64,000 bases of DNA from the human T2T-CHM13v2.0 reference genome, Homo sapiens, in the NCBI RefSeq assembly GCF_009914755.1, contig NC_060936.1; one strand, given 5' to 3'. Positions 39,171-54,743 of this stretch are shown here, piece after piece (within the stretch, counting starts at the first letter, position 1; the number at the start of each line of letters is the position of its first letter). Under the pieces are notes generated by a model. That model was not told the origin of the DNA. It did not search any database and saw nothing but the letters and a program-made list of their open reading frames with translations. A program made the translations under genes and the position numbers.

Positions 39171-40363
39171 CTAAAACCAGAAAGAAGGTAGGCAAAAAGA
39201 GATGCTAAACCATTAACAGCCCTGATGTAGCATCTATGCATTCTCAGAAAGGTTCATCAAAATAAAATAAAATACAATCTTTCAAGTTTCAGTGCTAGTT
39301 AATAAATATCTCATTCATGAAACATTTATTAGATACTCTCTTCATGAGAGGCAAGATGCTACACACTATAGGGGATTGATTATTTTCATTTTAATTATAT
39401 TCTTAATCAGAAAAAAATATGCCATTTCCTGAAGCCAATGACATGAATATCTTTTATAATCCATGGTTTATTCCCATGAGCAAATAAGCAGGTGTTTCTG
39501 GGTTGGTTGGTTTGTTTTGGTTTCATATGATGGGCAAGTAGAGGAGACAACCATTTTGAACTACAGAAACAATTTCCTATGGTTCTATCTAATAGTTTAA
39601 AATTTTTCCCTAAAGAAAGCATAATTGAAATGATATTTTTAGAAGAGTTATACACAATCACTGTAGAATATTTGTGGACCACAGAAATGAAAATCATCAA
39701 GAATGCTACAACATAGAGATATAGTATCAATATTTGAAGATATTTACTCCCTGAGTTTTTTTATGCATGTATGTTTATATATTCTGTACACAAACAAATT
39801 TGGATAATACTATAATGGAATTCAGTGGCCTAATATTACTTCATGTTTATTTTCTTGGTCATCAATTTTCCCTTTAAAACATGATTTTTAATTACTATAT
39901 AATAAACCATCCTACAGATATATCATAATTTATTTAGCTTTTCCTCCTTTTAAGGATGTTTAATTGATTAAATTTTTAGTATTACAAATATTTGAATTAG
40001 AAGTTTTAGTACATAAATCTTTGTTAATTCTTTTAGGATAAGTTACTAAAGTAAAACTTTAGGGGCAAAATGTCTATCATTTAAAGAATTAATTGTGCAG
40101 TTATTTCAACACCTGGCAATCAACATACAGATATGAAGTTCTTAGTCTGCTTAGAGAAAAAGGAAAAATAATTCAATTTAAAGATGAGGTCTCTTTATTT
40201 AAAGTAAAGTTTGGTAAACTCAGAAAGAGGCATAATAGTAAATAATATAAGAGAAGAATAAACATCTGAAGTGTAGGAGATGACTTCCTGACCAGAAAAA
40301 ATTTCTCCTACTCAAATAAGAGAAACTCTTTGCAACAGAATGCTTTGCAATTGTTTAACTTAC

Positions 40364-40492
40364 CTGGAGGCTGGTACTATTGTCTGAAAAAGGAGAATTA
40401 AAGAAGCCGCTCACAATATTCATTATTGACTCAGTAACACACTTTTCCAAAAAGATGTCTGCATGCTTCCTGTCTGTAGTTGTGTTGCAAAC
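40364..40492 (-). CDS. ITPR2: ITPR2 coding exon, 129 nt, phase 0/0 ([12 protein letters not shown]...SDNSTSLQ); absent from ORF track
   Basis: Manual translation; acceptor tttctctccag|GTT, donor CAG|gtaagt. Confidence 0.97.
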
Positions 40493-43400
40493 CTGGAGAG
40501 AAAATAAAACAACTCAATATGTTTTATCACATTTTTAAACCACAATTCAGTATTGGAACCACCTAAAAATTGTCCTGAAATAGTTGTCAGTAACATTTCT
40601 TCTGCTTTTTAAAGTTGCTGAGAAGAGAAGCATTTCAGCCTGAAATCATGATAATTGTATCAATCTTCAGTAGCTGCTCCATCAAGTTAGCCTGTCATTT
40701 CAGCCTTGAAACCAGAATTCTTTCACAGACCCCCAGCCTCTTCTTTTTAATTTGCTTCTCCCTTCTCTTGCACACCAACCTCTCCCTCAGCCTCCAAGCT
40801 TGGCTTTGCTGGAGAACACTTTTCCACTCAATGTAAGAGACCAAAGACGAAACAGTCATTCTAAGTGTAAGAAAGGTGATTAATGGTAGTTAGTAACTCC
40901 AAACATTTTCACTCCCAACCCTCACTCAAATTGGAGGACACAAACACAGAAAGCATCTGGAGAGGAAAACAGAAAGGTAGGAGAAGATAAATCAAACCCT
41001 TCCCAATAATTTTGATGTTATCATCCATGGATTATCTAAGAAGCATGGAAGTATAGGTTTGCGTGCATTCTTCTCAGAGTGGTCTCAGCCAAAGAGACAA
41101 TGCTGAAGCTGGAGAAAGACCAGAAAAGAGCATCCCTGGCTCGTGCTCTGATCTTTACATCTGATGAAATGAGGCAGTAATTGGTCATTTTGCATTTTGC
41201 TGTAAATTTCAATGTCAGCATGAACAAATTGCAAAAGCTAAGATACCTAATTAAAAACACATGAAAAAAAGTTGGCTGGTGAAAAGACAGAAAAACATAG
41301 AGATAAAAAGAAAAAGAAGTGGGAGTGGTGGGCAGAGAATGTTAGAAAAGACTGAAAAACTGCAGCAGAGAAAGAAAGTTTAAATTTTCACAAAATTGTG
41401 GTTGGTAATATGGTGGCCAGATGTTCCAGATGTTCTTAGACCATCCAAATTTTTATGTAATTTTTAAAAATTTTCAATAAGGTGCTTAACCAAAAGAATA
41501 AGTCAATGTCACTTAATCTGATATTGTTTTAAAAGCTTTCACACAAATTCATAAAAGAGAACATTTTCCTTCTCAAACCATGTGTCCTGGGGCTTTTGTT
41601 TTGAGATCTGGGAGCACTAATGCCAGCATTTGCCAAATGGAGGCGGGAGAAAGAGAACAGGGTTTGTTTTGCATCTAAGTCACTTCCCATCTGAGCAGTT
41701 CACTTTTTCCTCATCTATTAATTGACCCCTACCTGACTTTGTTTTTAAAGATTTTTAGGGTATCTAATTTCATAGGATAACTGCAGGAACAGTGCAATTA
41801 ACGGAAATAAATTATGTCAAATTATGTAACCTTCTAGTTATTGTTCCAGCATATAACATGGTGCCTGGCATACACAAGATGTTCAACAAACGTTTGTGAA
41901 ATGAATTAATAATTTAGTAAATTTTTAAATGAAAGAGGGATTAAGGACTCTTATTTTGTTTTAGGTTAACTTTAGGTTGGGCTATATTCCTGGAACATCT
42001 AACCTAGGATTAAAATTTAATTTAATTTACATGGTCCCAGATCTAATACAAAATTGATCTTCCTATGATGGATAAGAATTAGGATTTACTTCTTTTAGTA
42101 TCTTCCTAACACTGGCTTTACAGTGAACCTTCCTGATACATAGGTTAAAAATATAATAAAGTTGAAGAGGTAGCAGACCAATTCCATCATAACCAAAACA
42201 AACGACCTCCCTCATTCAGTGACATTTCATGCAATTGCGTGGGGCTCTCTGGAGTCATCAGAGTATACCACACTGCATCTTCTGCAACTGGGCACTTGCC
42301 AAAAAACCACCCAGAAATTTGCTTTTTAGTCAGTGGATTAATGAAAATAATCTATTTCTGGATCAAGACTTTCTTCAAAATCCTGGGTTATGAAAAGTCT
42401 GTGTTTTACAAAGCTATGTGGAACCTAGTCCTCAGTTCATTTAAACAAGAAATTCAAATAATTTTTCAAGATGTTTTTCCTGTCCCCTATGAATGATAAC
42501 ATTTCACCTTGCATCTTATATTATAATATCATGGACAGCCAAGAAATGTAGGAAGCACTTATTAAAATATTTTAAAATTTTTCAGGAAAATGATCCTCAT
42601 ACATATGAATATTTCTTTATTTTCTTTTATTTTAATTTATTTTCTCTTTACAATAGATTGGCCATGGCTCAAGTAAAATTACATCATATCAAATGATCTT
42701 TTTATGTGCAATACATATAGTTTAAAAGTTTTAATCCATTTGCACATATTATTCACATAACATTCTTTCCTATAAAACACTTTTATGTACTGCCATTATC
42801 TAAACACTTACTTTAAAAAGCTATATTTATTCCATAATTCTAATGCACCATCATGCTTTAAGCCATTTTTGGAATGAGTTGAGGTACACATTACCAATAT
42901 TACAAATCATTTTCTTATCTTCTTAGTTATTTCCTTCTTGCTCATCTTTTATGATGTGATTTTTTTTTGCTATTATAAAGAATTGTGCAAAGTTACTGTT
43001 TTCACTTTCAGATTTTTTTGGCATATTTCACCAAAAGAGGAATCACCAGATGAGGGTATGTAGACAGTTTTATACTGCTTGCTGGGCTGATCCTCTAAAA
43101 TAATAAATTTACAATACTATCAACAAACTATCCACAGATACACAGGATGGTCCCTTATTACCACCAAATAGCTTTTGCTTTGGGGCTCTGGTTGTATTCA
43201 GCTAATGTGAGGCTCTTGCAGGAGATTACAGAGTGGAAGAGAAAGAAGTCAGGCACCTACTCTACCTCTGCCTCCATCCCCATCTCCCTCTCCTTGTAGG
43301 GGCTTCTGTGTTCTCTGGATACAGCTGCTACTGAAGCCCTTCCTCCATGTCTCCAGGCTTTCCCCAGGATCTAGTAATAATGCCTGCTCCATGTGCCTTC

Positions 43401-44918
43401 AGGGTCTAGAGGTGGTAAAATCCCTCAGTACTCTCCTATCCCTTCTTAAATCTGCCCTCGTTTCTTGAAATGTGCCATGTGTTTCCTACGAGAACTGACT
43501 GCTATACCAGTAAATTATAATTGTTTTTATCAATTTAATTATACCTAAAAGTTATTTTTCATTTCCCTTGCTGTTAACAAGGTTGGCCTCTTTTTCATGG
43601 AATCATTTCATTTCTATCTTCTGTCATACACCAACAGTTCAAGCCCTGTAAACCATTTTCCAAAAACCTAATGACTGCACATTTAGTATGAGTTTAACAT
43701 ATTTTTATGAGCTCTTTTCAATTGTCATTTCATATGTATTTTTGCATTCTATTTAAAATATTTCATTATATTTCATTGTGTAAACTACTTTTCAACATTC
43801 AGGCACTGTTATTTATTTTGTTCATTACTATTTATTAATATTTAATATAAAGAAGAAAAAAACTCCCTCTTAAAAAGAATAGTCCATACATTTTTATTCT
43901 AGTTTTTAACTCTTTAAAATATCTGCAATTTGTTGATGAAGGTGACCTAATTTATGAATTCTGATTAATTTTTCTCCATACGGATATTCAATTGTCCTCA
44001 AAACATTTATTAAATATTAATTCCTGTTTCATTCCTAGGTTACCTGAGGTTTGTCTTATAGTGTGTCACTAATGAGTACCTAAATCTCTCCCCAAATCTC
44101 TAATATACTCCATGGATTTTTAAAAAATATATTTTAACCTAACTCCACAGAATGAAATGATTCCCAATCTGTAATATGTTTCACAACTTGAAACAACCAA
44201 GTCGACCATCACTGTCTTTTCCAAGAAAAAAAAATCCATCTTTTGAAATATTTGTCTTCTTCTACTTCCAGATGAATTTTACTATATATTTGTCAGACGT
44301 AATAAGGACACAAATTATTAAATTGAAGCTACATATTAGACTAGAAGTTAGAACAATGAATCAAACAGAACAACGTCCCTACTCTATTAGACCCTTTCTC
44401 CCAATCAAGAGAGACACACAATAGACAAATTAATAAATATATAACATGCTAAGTAGTAAAAATAAAGAAAATAACAGACTAGAGAAAAATAAAGCAGGGC
44501 AAGTGGTACAGGGAATGTAGCAGGCAGGGTGGGGATGGTCAAGGATTCCTGTTTATTTAAACAGCTTGGTGGTATCTCTGTATAAGGCAACATTTCACAA
44601 AGAACTGAAGTTGGAAGCAGCCATCAACGTTTCTGTGGGAAGAGCAAGTAAAATGTTGTCTCTGCCATTAGGATATATGCTCCTGGACACCAGGAACAAC
44701 TCTGTCTTGTTCACCACTGGACATGCAGCACCTCAGCATATAACAGATATTCTAAAATTATTTGTTGAACAAGCAGATGTTAAGTGAAATTTCTAGATAC
44801 AATTGTGTCTGATTTTCTCCCCTTGCATATATGATGTCCTTCCTCTCTTCTGCTCTAAAAGTGACTGCTACCCTTCCAAGGATGATCGTCTATGGTAAAT
44901 AAGTTACCATATGTTGAG

Positions 44919-45134
44919 CAGCACGGTCCTACAGAACTTCCTATAATGATGGAAATCATCTATATCTGTGATGTCCAATATGGTAGCCATTAGACACAGG
45001 TGCCTACTGAACATTTGAAATGTGACTAGTGCAACTGAGGAACTGAATTTCTACATTTTTTTAACTTATCTGAATTAAAATTTACATTTAAATAGCCACA
45101 GTTGGGAAGCGGCTACTCTACAGGGCAGGGCACC
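44919..45134 (+). mobile_element. MER3 (second copy)
   Basis: AGAACTTCCTATAATGATGGAAAT...GTCCAATATGGTAGCCA...TTGAAATGTGACTAGTGCAACTGAGGAACTGAATTT. Confidence 0.85.
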
Positions 45135-45760
45135 TCTAGAGCCAGTCACATACTTTTGATCATAAGGAATACAAATCCTAAGATCACTTTAGTATTTTAC
45201 ATAAACAGTAAAAATGTTCCTCTAAATATCTGAGGTGATATCTCATATTTATTTTAATTTGCATTCCGTTATTTGTGAGGCCAAAACTTTTGCAAGCATT
45301 TGCTTTCTATATCTCCTTTTTATGTGAATCATCAGCTCATACACTCAACTGGCTTTCTTAGAATTCGAAATTCTTTTTTTAAACAGACAACATTTTCATA
45401 ATACCAATACATATTAATTGTAGGAACTCTGAAAAATACAGAAAATATAAAATGGAAAAATGAAAATTACTTATAATCCTATAATTCAGATAAGACTATG
45501 ATTAACATGTTGGAATTTTTTCTTCTAATATTTTTGTTCTGCCATATATATTTTACATAATTGAAACCATTCTAGATTATGTGTTTCACATCTTCCCTTT
45601 TATACTTCATGCTTAAGCATTTTACATTATTAAAAATTCTCAAAAAATAATCTCAGTGACTTTAACATCCATCATATAGATATATAATAATTTATTTAAC
45701 CGTTTGTCAAATATTAAATATTTAAGCTATTTCCTACTACATATTATCGTATTATCATAA

Positions 45761-46041
<281 letters not shown>

Positions 46042-46472
46042 CTTTATAGCATTTCTAATTATTTCCCAAGGACAGATTTTTGGAGGGTAAATTACTTGAC
46101 ACATTAGAAAAGTATGAAGGGTTTTTCTAAACGCTTTTTAGAAAGGCTGCATGAAATTATACTCTCATCAGCAGGATATGCAAATACATACGCTGAACCA
46201 TCACCAACATTTAATATTATCTTTCCAAGCTTGCAACTTAGATGGTTGAAAATTGGATCTTATTTTTTGTGTTATTTTAAAAATTATTAATATTTGAACA
46301 TTTTTCAGAGGTTTATTAACTTTTTGTATTTCCTGTTCTATAAATCATGAATGTTTGGTTTTTCCCATTTTCTTATTAAATTGTTAAGAGTTTTTCTTAT
46401 AAATACATATAAGTTCTTCATGTGGTGGTTATTACCCTTTTTAAAACTGTACCATAGCTATTTAAATTTTGA

Positions 46473-46844
<372 letters not shown>

Positions 46845-47138
46845 TAATTTCATCTATTGCTTTCATCTAAAGACAGATAAATATTATCTACATTTCCATC
46901 CATTTTTACTGGTTCAGGTTTTTTTCTATTTAGCCATGAAATCCATTTCAATTATTGCTATTATGTGAGTTCATTTCACCCTAAATAGTCAGTGTCATCA
47001 ACAGTCATTTTTACTTCAAATCAACAATTTTTATTGAGTGTCTATTCCATGCCAAGAATATTCTACATACTTGAGATCCATCAGTAAACAAAATATATAA
47101 AAACCACTATTCTAATAGAGTTTCTATTACTAATAATC

Positions 47139-47308
47139 CAAGGGTGGGTAAAATACAGCACATGCATCAAATCTAGCCAGATCCATTCATGTTTGTATTG
47201 CCTAGGACTCCTTTCTCTATAGTAATTGTCATAATAGTGGCAATAGGAGTCTACAAAGTTGAAATATTTACTGTTTTGCTGTTTACAGAAAAAGTTCACC
47301 AATCCCTG
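47139..47308 (-). mobile_element. MER58-like hAT MITE
   Basis: AAATATTTACT...TTTACAGAAAAAGTTCACCAATCCCTG. Confidence 0.65.
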
Positions 47309-47489
47309 GAAATATCCAATCCCTTTCCACTAATAGGTGATAATTTATTATATATTAATATATTATATATGCAAAAGTCTATTTCTGGCTATTCATTTCA
47401 TTCCATTGGTTTGCCTACTTAATTCTATGCTCAGACCACATTTTCTTTGTTTTCAAATCCACTTTTTAAATATTTTTAGCTTCATATGA

Positions 47490-48730
47490 CATTTATTTAT
47501 TTCACAAATATTTACTGAGTATCTATTATGTGTGAGACATTGTTCTAGGTCAGGTATGCAGCAGTGAACAGAGATAAAATTCCTGTCTTTCATTTGTTCC
47601 TACTGAAATACAAATAAATATATATATATATATATGTAAATGTCAGGTGGTAATAAATTCTATGGAGAAAAATGAAGCAAGTGTTAAGAAGGATAAAGAA
47701 AAGAGCCTGTTATTTTATATAGGGTGGTTGGCAAAGCCCTCTCTGAAGGAGTGACTTTGAAGGAAGAACCTAAAGGAAAAGGAAGAAGTTATGCAGATAC
47801 AGGGAAGTCCAGCATCCCTGGAAAATGTACAGTTGCTGAGATAGGAATGCATTTGGCATACCTGAGGAGTAGCAAGGAGGCCACAGTATGGAACAGATAG
47901 CTAGCTAGGGGGAGAATAAGAGGACAAGGGGAAGAAGGGTGTTCATAGGGCAGAGGCTAAGTCACACAGGGGTTTTATTCTGAGCAAGACAGGAAGTCAC
48001 TGGAGGAATCTGAGCAGAGGAGTGACGATCATCTTCTCCTTCTTCTCCCTCTCTTTCCCCTTCATCCCTTTCTCCTCCATCTCCTCCACCTCCTCTTCCA
48101 CCTCCTTCAATCATGATGGCTGCTAGATAAAGAATAGATGGAGAGAGGGACAAGAGCAGAAGCTTGGAAACAGGTTATGAGGCTATTGCAATCATCCAAA
48201 TGAGAGAGAATGGTACTTGGGGTAGCGTAGTTGTGATGGGAGTGTTCAGGAGTAGTCAAATTTGGAATATTTTATGGTTAGAACTTGCAGAATTTGTGGA
48301 AGGACTGGATTTTGGGTAGAAGAAAATAAGATTTACAGATGGCACCAAAATGGTTTGCCTGAATGCCTAGAGTGAGTAATAGAATTGCCATTTATAGAGA
48401 TGCTACAGTCTTGAAAAGGGGTTATTTTAGAGTGAGGCATGGGAATGAATAAAGAGTTTGAGGTTAGACAGCCAAGTGGAGGTGTCATGTAGACAGTTGA
48501 ATATGTGAAACTAGACATCAGGAGAACCATAGAAAGTTATGAGAGTAAATGAGATTAGCAAACAGTGACTATAGACAGAGAAGGGATCCATTCCAAAGTC
48601 TGAGCCTGGCACACTCCAATATTTAGAAGTTGGGAAGGTGCAGAGAAAACAGACAAGAGACTGAGGAGTGGACAGTGTGGTGGGTGGCAAATAGAGTGGA
48701 ATTGACATCCTGGGGTCCAAGGGAAGAAGC
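47490..48730 (-). mobile_element. L2 (L2a-like)
   Basis: AAATATTTACTGAGTATCTATTATGTGTGAGACATTGTTCTAGG...GAGGCTATTGCAATCATCCA...CCAAGTGGAGGTGTCA. Confidence 0.82.
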
Positions 48731-49841
48731 CTTGTATAAGTTATAGAATACTTTATACTTCTTCACTTCCCTGAAATATTAGTTAAAAGACCATATAAAA
48801 TGAGCCCTTTTGAATGAGATTTTTTAATAGCTCATTCAACTTAAGAAATTCAAGAAAATTATTTTTTTAAATTGACTTAATGTCACCAAATTAAAGAACT
48901 AGGAAAGTGTGTTTCAATGTGCATATAAATTATATCTTTACTCCAACCTCTTACATATTTATTTGGTAAGTTAAGGGAGCAAAAATTTTAAGTAAAAACT
49001 TGACTCAATATAAGAGTTGTTAACAAAGTTGTAGAATAATAAAACCAATTATATCAAAAAAATGGCTCAAGTTATCTACCTGAAAGTGAAATACACAAGT
49101 TTGTCTTGTTAACCAGTGACTGATGGGATACTGACGTGACAGAGAGTTAGGTGAGCCTCCTAAATTATTTCTTGGTCTAATTTCATTCTGCTAGTACATC
49201 ACTTAGAGTACTGTTGGTCCTTATAGGATCCTGACATTGATAGCAAAATTGGAAACATCTTCAAAGAAAAAATATAGTCTGAGGCTAACATTGACCATAG
49301 TCTACCCTCTTTACGTGCCTTCTAATAATGACTCAAATCCCCTGACTATCAACAACAATCAGTTATAAAGCCAAAGAAAAGCTTTTCTGCCCTACAAACA
49401 CCAGTTTTAGCTGCACTGGAACATAGATCAAAGTGGGCTGTCATTAAATGCTCTGAAAGACAGTGTAACAACTTTCCATGGGTCTAATAGCATCGCTGCC
49501 TGCCTAGATCTGGTGTGCTTACAGGACATGGATACTGTCTCTGTCAGGATATTAGAATGGAATAAGAATGTGAAACAATCTAGCACCAGTTTATTAAAAA
49601 TAATCTTTTGGGAAAGATTTTCTTGTATGGGTCTTAACAAGATAAGAGACAAGGAAATGCCAATAGGAAAATGAAAAATACTAAAAAAAGGTGACTTTAG
49701 ACAGCTTTACTCAAGGACAGACAAAAAGACCCTGGTAGTGCTGACTCCAGAAACACAAGAGAAGAATGATGGAAGGTGGTATGAGTGCTAATTTCATTAC
49801 TATTAGTAATTTCATTTGCATTTTAAAAAATATTGTTGTCA

Positions 49842-50435
<594 letters not shown>

Positions 50436-51112
50436 GGGAAAAGCACTGAATGATGCTACAGCAGCCCTCCCACTCTATATCTAGCTAGGAGAGTCACCCA
50501 GAAAATTCTCTCTGTAGAAGCCACAGGCAAAATTATGAGACCAACTAAGATGATCTTCATTTTCTTCAAGTTATATAATTTTGTCGTTTCAAAATAGGTC
50601 ACTAGCAAGAATAGTGAGGAGGTGTTTATAGTAAACACATCTTTAACTGAATTATTTTGTGTTGCTGGAGAAAAAATAACTAGGCAAAAAATGTAATAAG
50701 GAAAAACTTGATAGCAAGGTTCTGGCATAAAAAGACACATAGACCAATGGAACAGAAAAGAGGACTCAGAAACAAATCCACACACCTACAATGAACTCAT
50801 TTTCCACAAAGGTGCCAAAAACATACACTGGGGAAAAGACAGTCTCTTCAATAAATAGTGCGAGGAAAACTGAATATCCATAAGCAGAAGAAATGAAACT
50901 ATACCCCTATCTCTCATGATATACAAAAATCAAATCAAAATGGATTAAAGACTTAAATCTGAGATCTCAAACCTTGAAACCACTACAAGAAAACATCAGG
51001 GAAACTGTCCAGGACATTGGTCTGGGCAAAAATTTCTAGAGTAACACCCAACAAGCACAGGCAACCAAAGCAAAAACGGAAAAATGGGATGACGTTAAGT
51101 TAAAAGGCTTCA

Positions 51113-51510
<398 letters not shown>

Positions 51511-51863
51511 TTAATAACCAGAATCTATAAGGACCTCAAACAACTCTGTAGGAAAAAATAGAATAATCCGATTCAAAAATGGGCAAAAGATCTGAATAGA
51601 TATTTCTCAAAAGAAGACATACAAATGGCAAACAGGTATATGAAAAGGTGCTCAACATCATTGATCACAAGAGAAATGCAAATCGAAACTACAATGAGAT
51701 ATCATCTCACCCCAGTTAAAGTGGCTTTTATCCAAAAGACAGGCAATAACAAATGCTGAAGAGCATGTAGAGAAATGGAAACCCTTGTACACATTAGTGG
51801 GAATGTAAATTTGGACAATCACAAGGGAAAACATTTTGGAGGTTCCTCAAAAAACTAAAAATA

Positions 51864-52163
51864 GCCGGGCGCAGAGGCTCACGCCTGTAATCCCAGTACT
51901 TTGGGAGGCCGAGATGGGTGGATCACTTGAGGTCAGGAGTTCAAGACCAGCCTGGCCAACATGGTGAAACCCCATCTCTACTAAAAAAAAAAAAATACGA
52001 AAATTAGCCAGGCATGGTGGTGCATGCCTGTAGTCCCAGCTACTCGAGAGGCTGAGGCAGGAGATGGTTGAACCCCGGAGGCAGAGGTTGCAGTGAGCTG
52101 AGATCACACCACTGTACTCCAGCCTGGGTGACAGAACCAGACTCTATCTCAAAAAAAAAAAAA
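51864..52163 (+). mobile_element. AluS nested in L1
   Basis: Full dimer; flanking repeat AACTAAAAATA. Confidence 0.95.
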
Positions 52164-53239
52164 GCAACAACTAAAAATAGAGCTACCATATGATCCAACA
52201 ATCTCACTTCTGGATATATTCCCACAAGAAAGGAAATTGTACATTGAAGAGATATCTGCACTCCCATGTTTGTTGCAGCACAGTTCACAATAGCCAAAAT
52301 TTGGAAGCACCTTAAGTGCCCATCAACAGATGAATGGATAAAGAAAATGTGGTACATATACACAACAGAGTACTATTCAGCCAGTAAAAAAGAATGTGAT
52401 CCAGTCATCTGCAACAACATAGACGGAACTGGAGGTCATTATGTTAAGTGAAATAAGCCGGGCACACAAAGATAAATTTTGCCTGTTCTCACTTATTTGT
52501 GGGCACTAAAAAAATTGCAACAACTAAATTCATGGAGATAGAGAATAAAAGGATGGTTACTAGAGGCTAGGAAGGGTAGTGGGGCAGAGGGGAAGTGGGG
52601 ATGGTTAATGGGTACAAATATACAGTTGAAAACAATGAATAAAATCTAATATTTGATAGCACAACAGAGTGACTACAGTCAACAATAATTTCTTGTACAT
52701 TTTAAAATAACTAAAGAAATATAACTGGATTGTTTGTAACAGAAAGAAAGGATAAATGCTTCAGGTGATGGATATCCCATTTACCTTGATGTGTTCATTA
52801 CACATTATATGGCTGTATCAAAATATCTCCTGTACCTCATAAATATATACAGCTACTATTTATCCACAAAATTTAAAAAGAAAAAGAAAAAAGTAGTAAG
52901 CTCATTGTTAATCAGATATTTGAGTAAGTGCTGAAGACTATGAACTGTATATAAATTTGACTACTAGTCTCTTCCAACCCTAAGATGCTATGATTCTTTA
53001 GGTTCAACTTACCAAATTCCTTTCCTCCAGATTACCTTCATCATTTCTCATGGATATAAATCAGTTCTTCCAGAATGTCATAACTTTGTTGGAACATCTG
53101 GATTTGGTTTATCTCATACGTGGCTATTCATGTCAACTACTGTTGTGGATGTCCAGCTTTATGGACATAATTTCTAGTTTTTCCCTATGCTGAATGGTCC
53201 TCTGGATACAATGATATGGATGATGTTACCAACTCTCTT

Positions 53240-53470
53240 ACTGATGCTAATATGTGCTAAGAATTTTATACACATTATCTCATTGGATTCTCCCACTAAC
53301 CCTATGGGGAATGTGAATTTATTGTATTCATTTTACAAATCAGGAAACTCAGGGCCCAGAGGGGTTAAGTACTTTGCCCAAGATAAACTGAGCTACTGAG
53401 AGGCACAGTCTGGACTCGAACTCTGGTCTGGCTAAATCTTTTGAAATCCCTACTCTTAGCTACCATGCTC
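53240..53470 (-). mobile_element. MIR
   Basis: CATTTTACAAATCAGGAAACTCAGGGCCCAGAGGGGTTAAGTACTTTGCCCAAG. Confidence 0.82.
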
Positions 53471-53479
53471 TATCTACTA

Positions 53480-53655
53480 CAGTGATTCTCAAAGTGTGGT
53501 CCCTGGACCAGCACCTGCAGCACCACTTAGGAATTTGTTAAAAATGTAAAGTCTTTCATTTATGGAAATTAGAAATTCTGGGGACAAGGACCAGCAATCT
53601 GTATTTCACCAAGCCCTCCAGCTAGGCCTGATGCTCACTAAAGCTTAAAAACTGC
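53480..53655. mobile_element. MER5A (hAT-Charlie MITE)
   Basis: CAGTGATTCTCAAAGTGTGGTCCCTGGACCAGCA...GCAATCTGTATTTCACCAAGCCCTCCAG. Confidence 0.85.
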
Positions 53656-54698
53656 TCAACTGAACTGAAAATTTACCTAGAAGGCCACATTCTATTCATT
53701 TAACCACACTTAGTTTTATAACTTGAATTTGAAAGTTTCTGGTGACTCTGATCTTTCTTCATGGGGAGAGAAAGAAATCCCAGATATGAAAAAGTCAGGT
53801 TTCTATTTCCTTCCCTGAAAAAGGAAAGGTGATTCCTGTCAACCCTGGTGAAGGGATTAGAGAGCTACTGTTTTAAAATATAAACAAGAGGGAAATATTT
53901 TTAAAAACCTTTTTGCAGTATAGCTAAGTTATTGTGGTTAGACATAAATAATAAATAGATCAAGAAGATATTGAAATTCCCCTAGAGCTTTAATATAATA
54001 AATAACATTAATTATCCAATTAAGCAATAGTTAAAATCATTGCTATTTTTTTTTGGTTTTTTTTTGTGTTTTTCAAAAAAAGAATGTAAATCTGTACACC
54101 TTTGCCTTGCAAATACATCGGTGAAAACGGTATTTCTCAGGTGGCATAATCAATGGAAGTTATCATTGGCTTTCTTTGGTTTAAAAAATAAAAATCCTTT
54201 CAGCTTTATAGCTCATGCTGCCTACAATGTGACCTTGATCTGTTTCAAGCTTATCTTTAGTCAGTAGCACTGTGCAACTCCGCAAATCAGTCTATAATCT
54301 CTTTAATATCCTCCTGCACGTGCAGTTTTAAAGCTTAGTCATTGGCATGGAAGTCACTCCTTACTTCAAGGTCTCTGGAGATACTATAGCTGGTCAGAAA
54401 CAAAGTTTTCACAAGGTCAATGGGGACACATATGAGTACTATGTTAAATGCTGCATAAAACAGGACGATTTCTCTACAGGTGCATATTTACCTGAGATAG
54501 GCAATAAGTGGCTTTTAGCTGTATGGAAATGAAGTAAAACAGGAACTACCTCACTCACCACACTACACCACACCAAAGGTAAACTAAGCACATTTCACTT
54601 GGAAACCCTGGCTAAATAAAAAGAGTCCGTGGTCTGGAATAACATATGATTCATTGTATTATCCAAGGGTGCTCTTACATGTCTGAGTCTACAGGCAG

Positions 54699-54743
54699 TG
54701 AAAGGAGGGATGACAAGGATGTACCTTGTCATCCCTCCTTTCA
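54699..54743. repeat. perfect 20-bp inverted repeat with 5-nt spacer
   Basis: TGAAAGGAGGGATGACAAGG-ATGTA-CCTTGTCATCCCTCCTTTCA. Confidence 0.97.
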
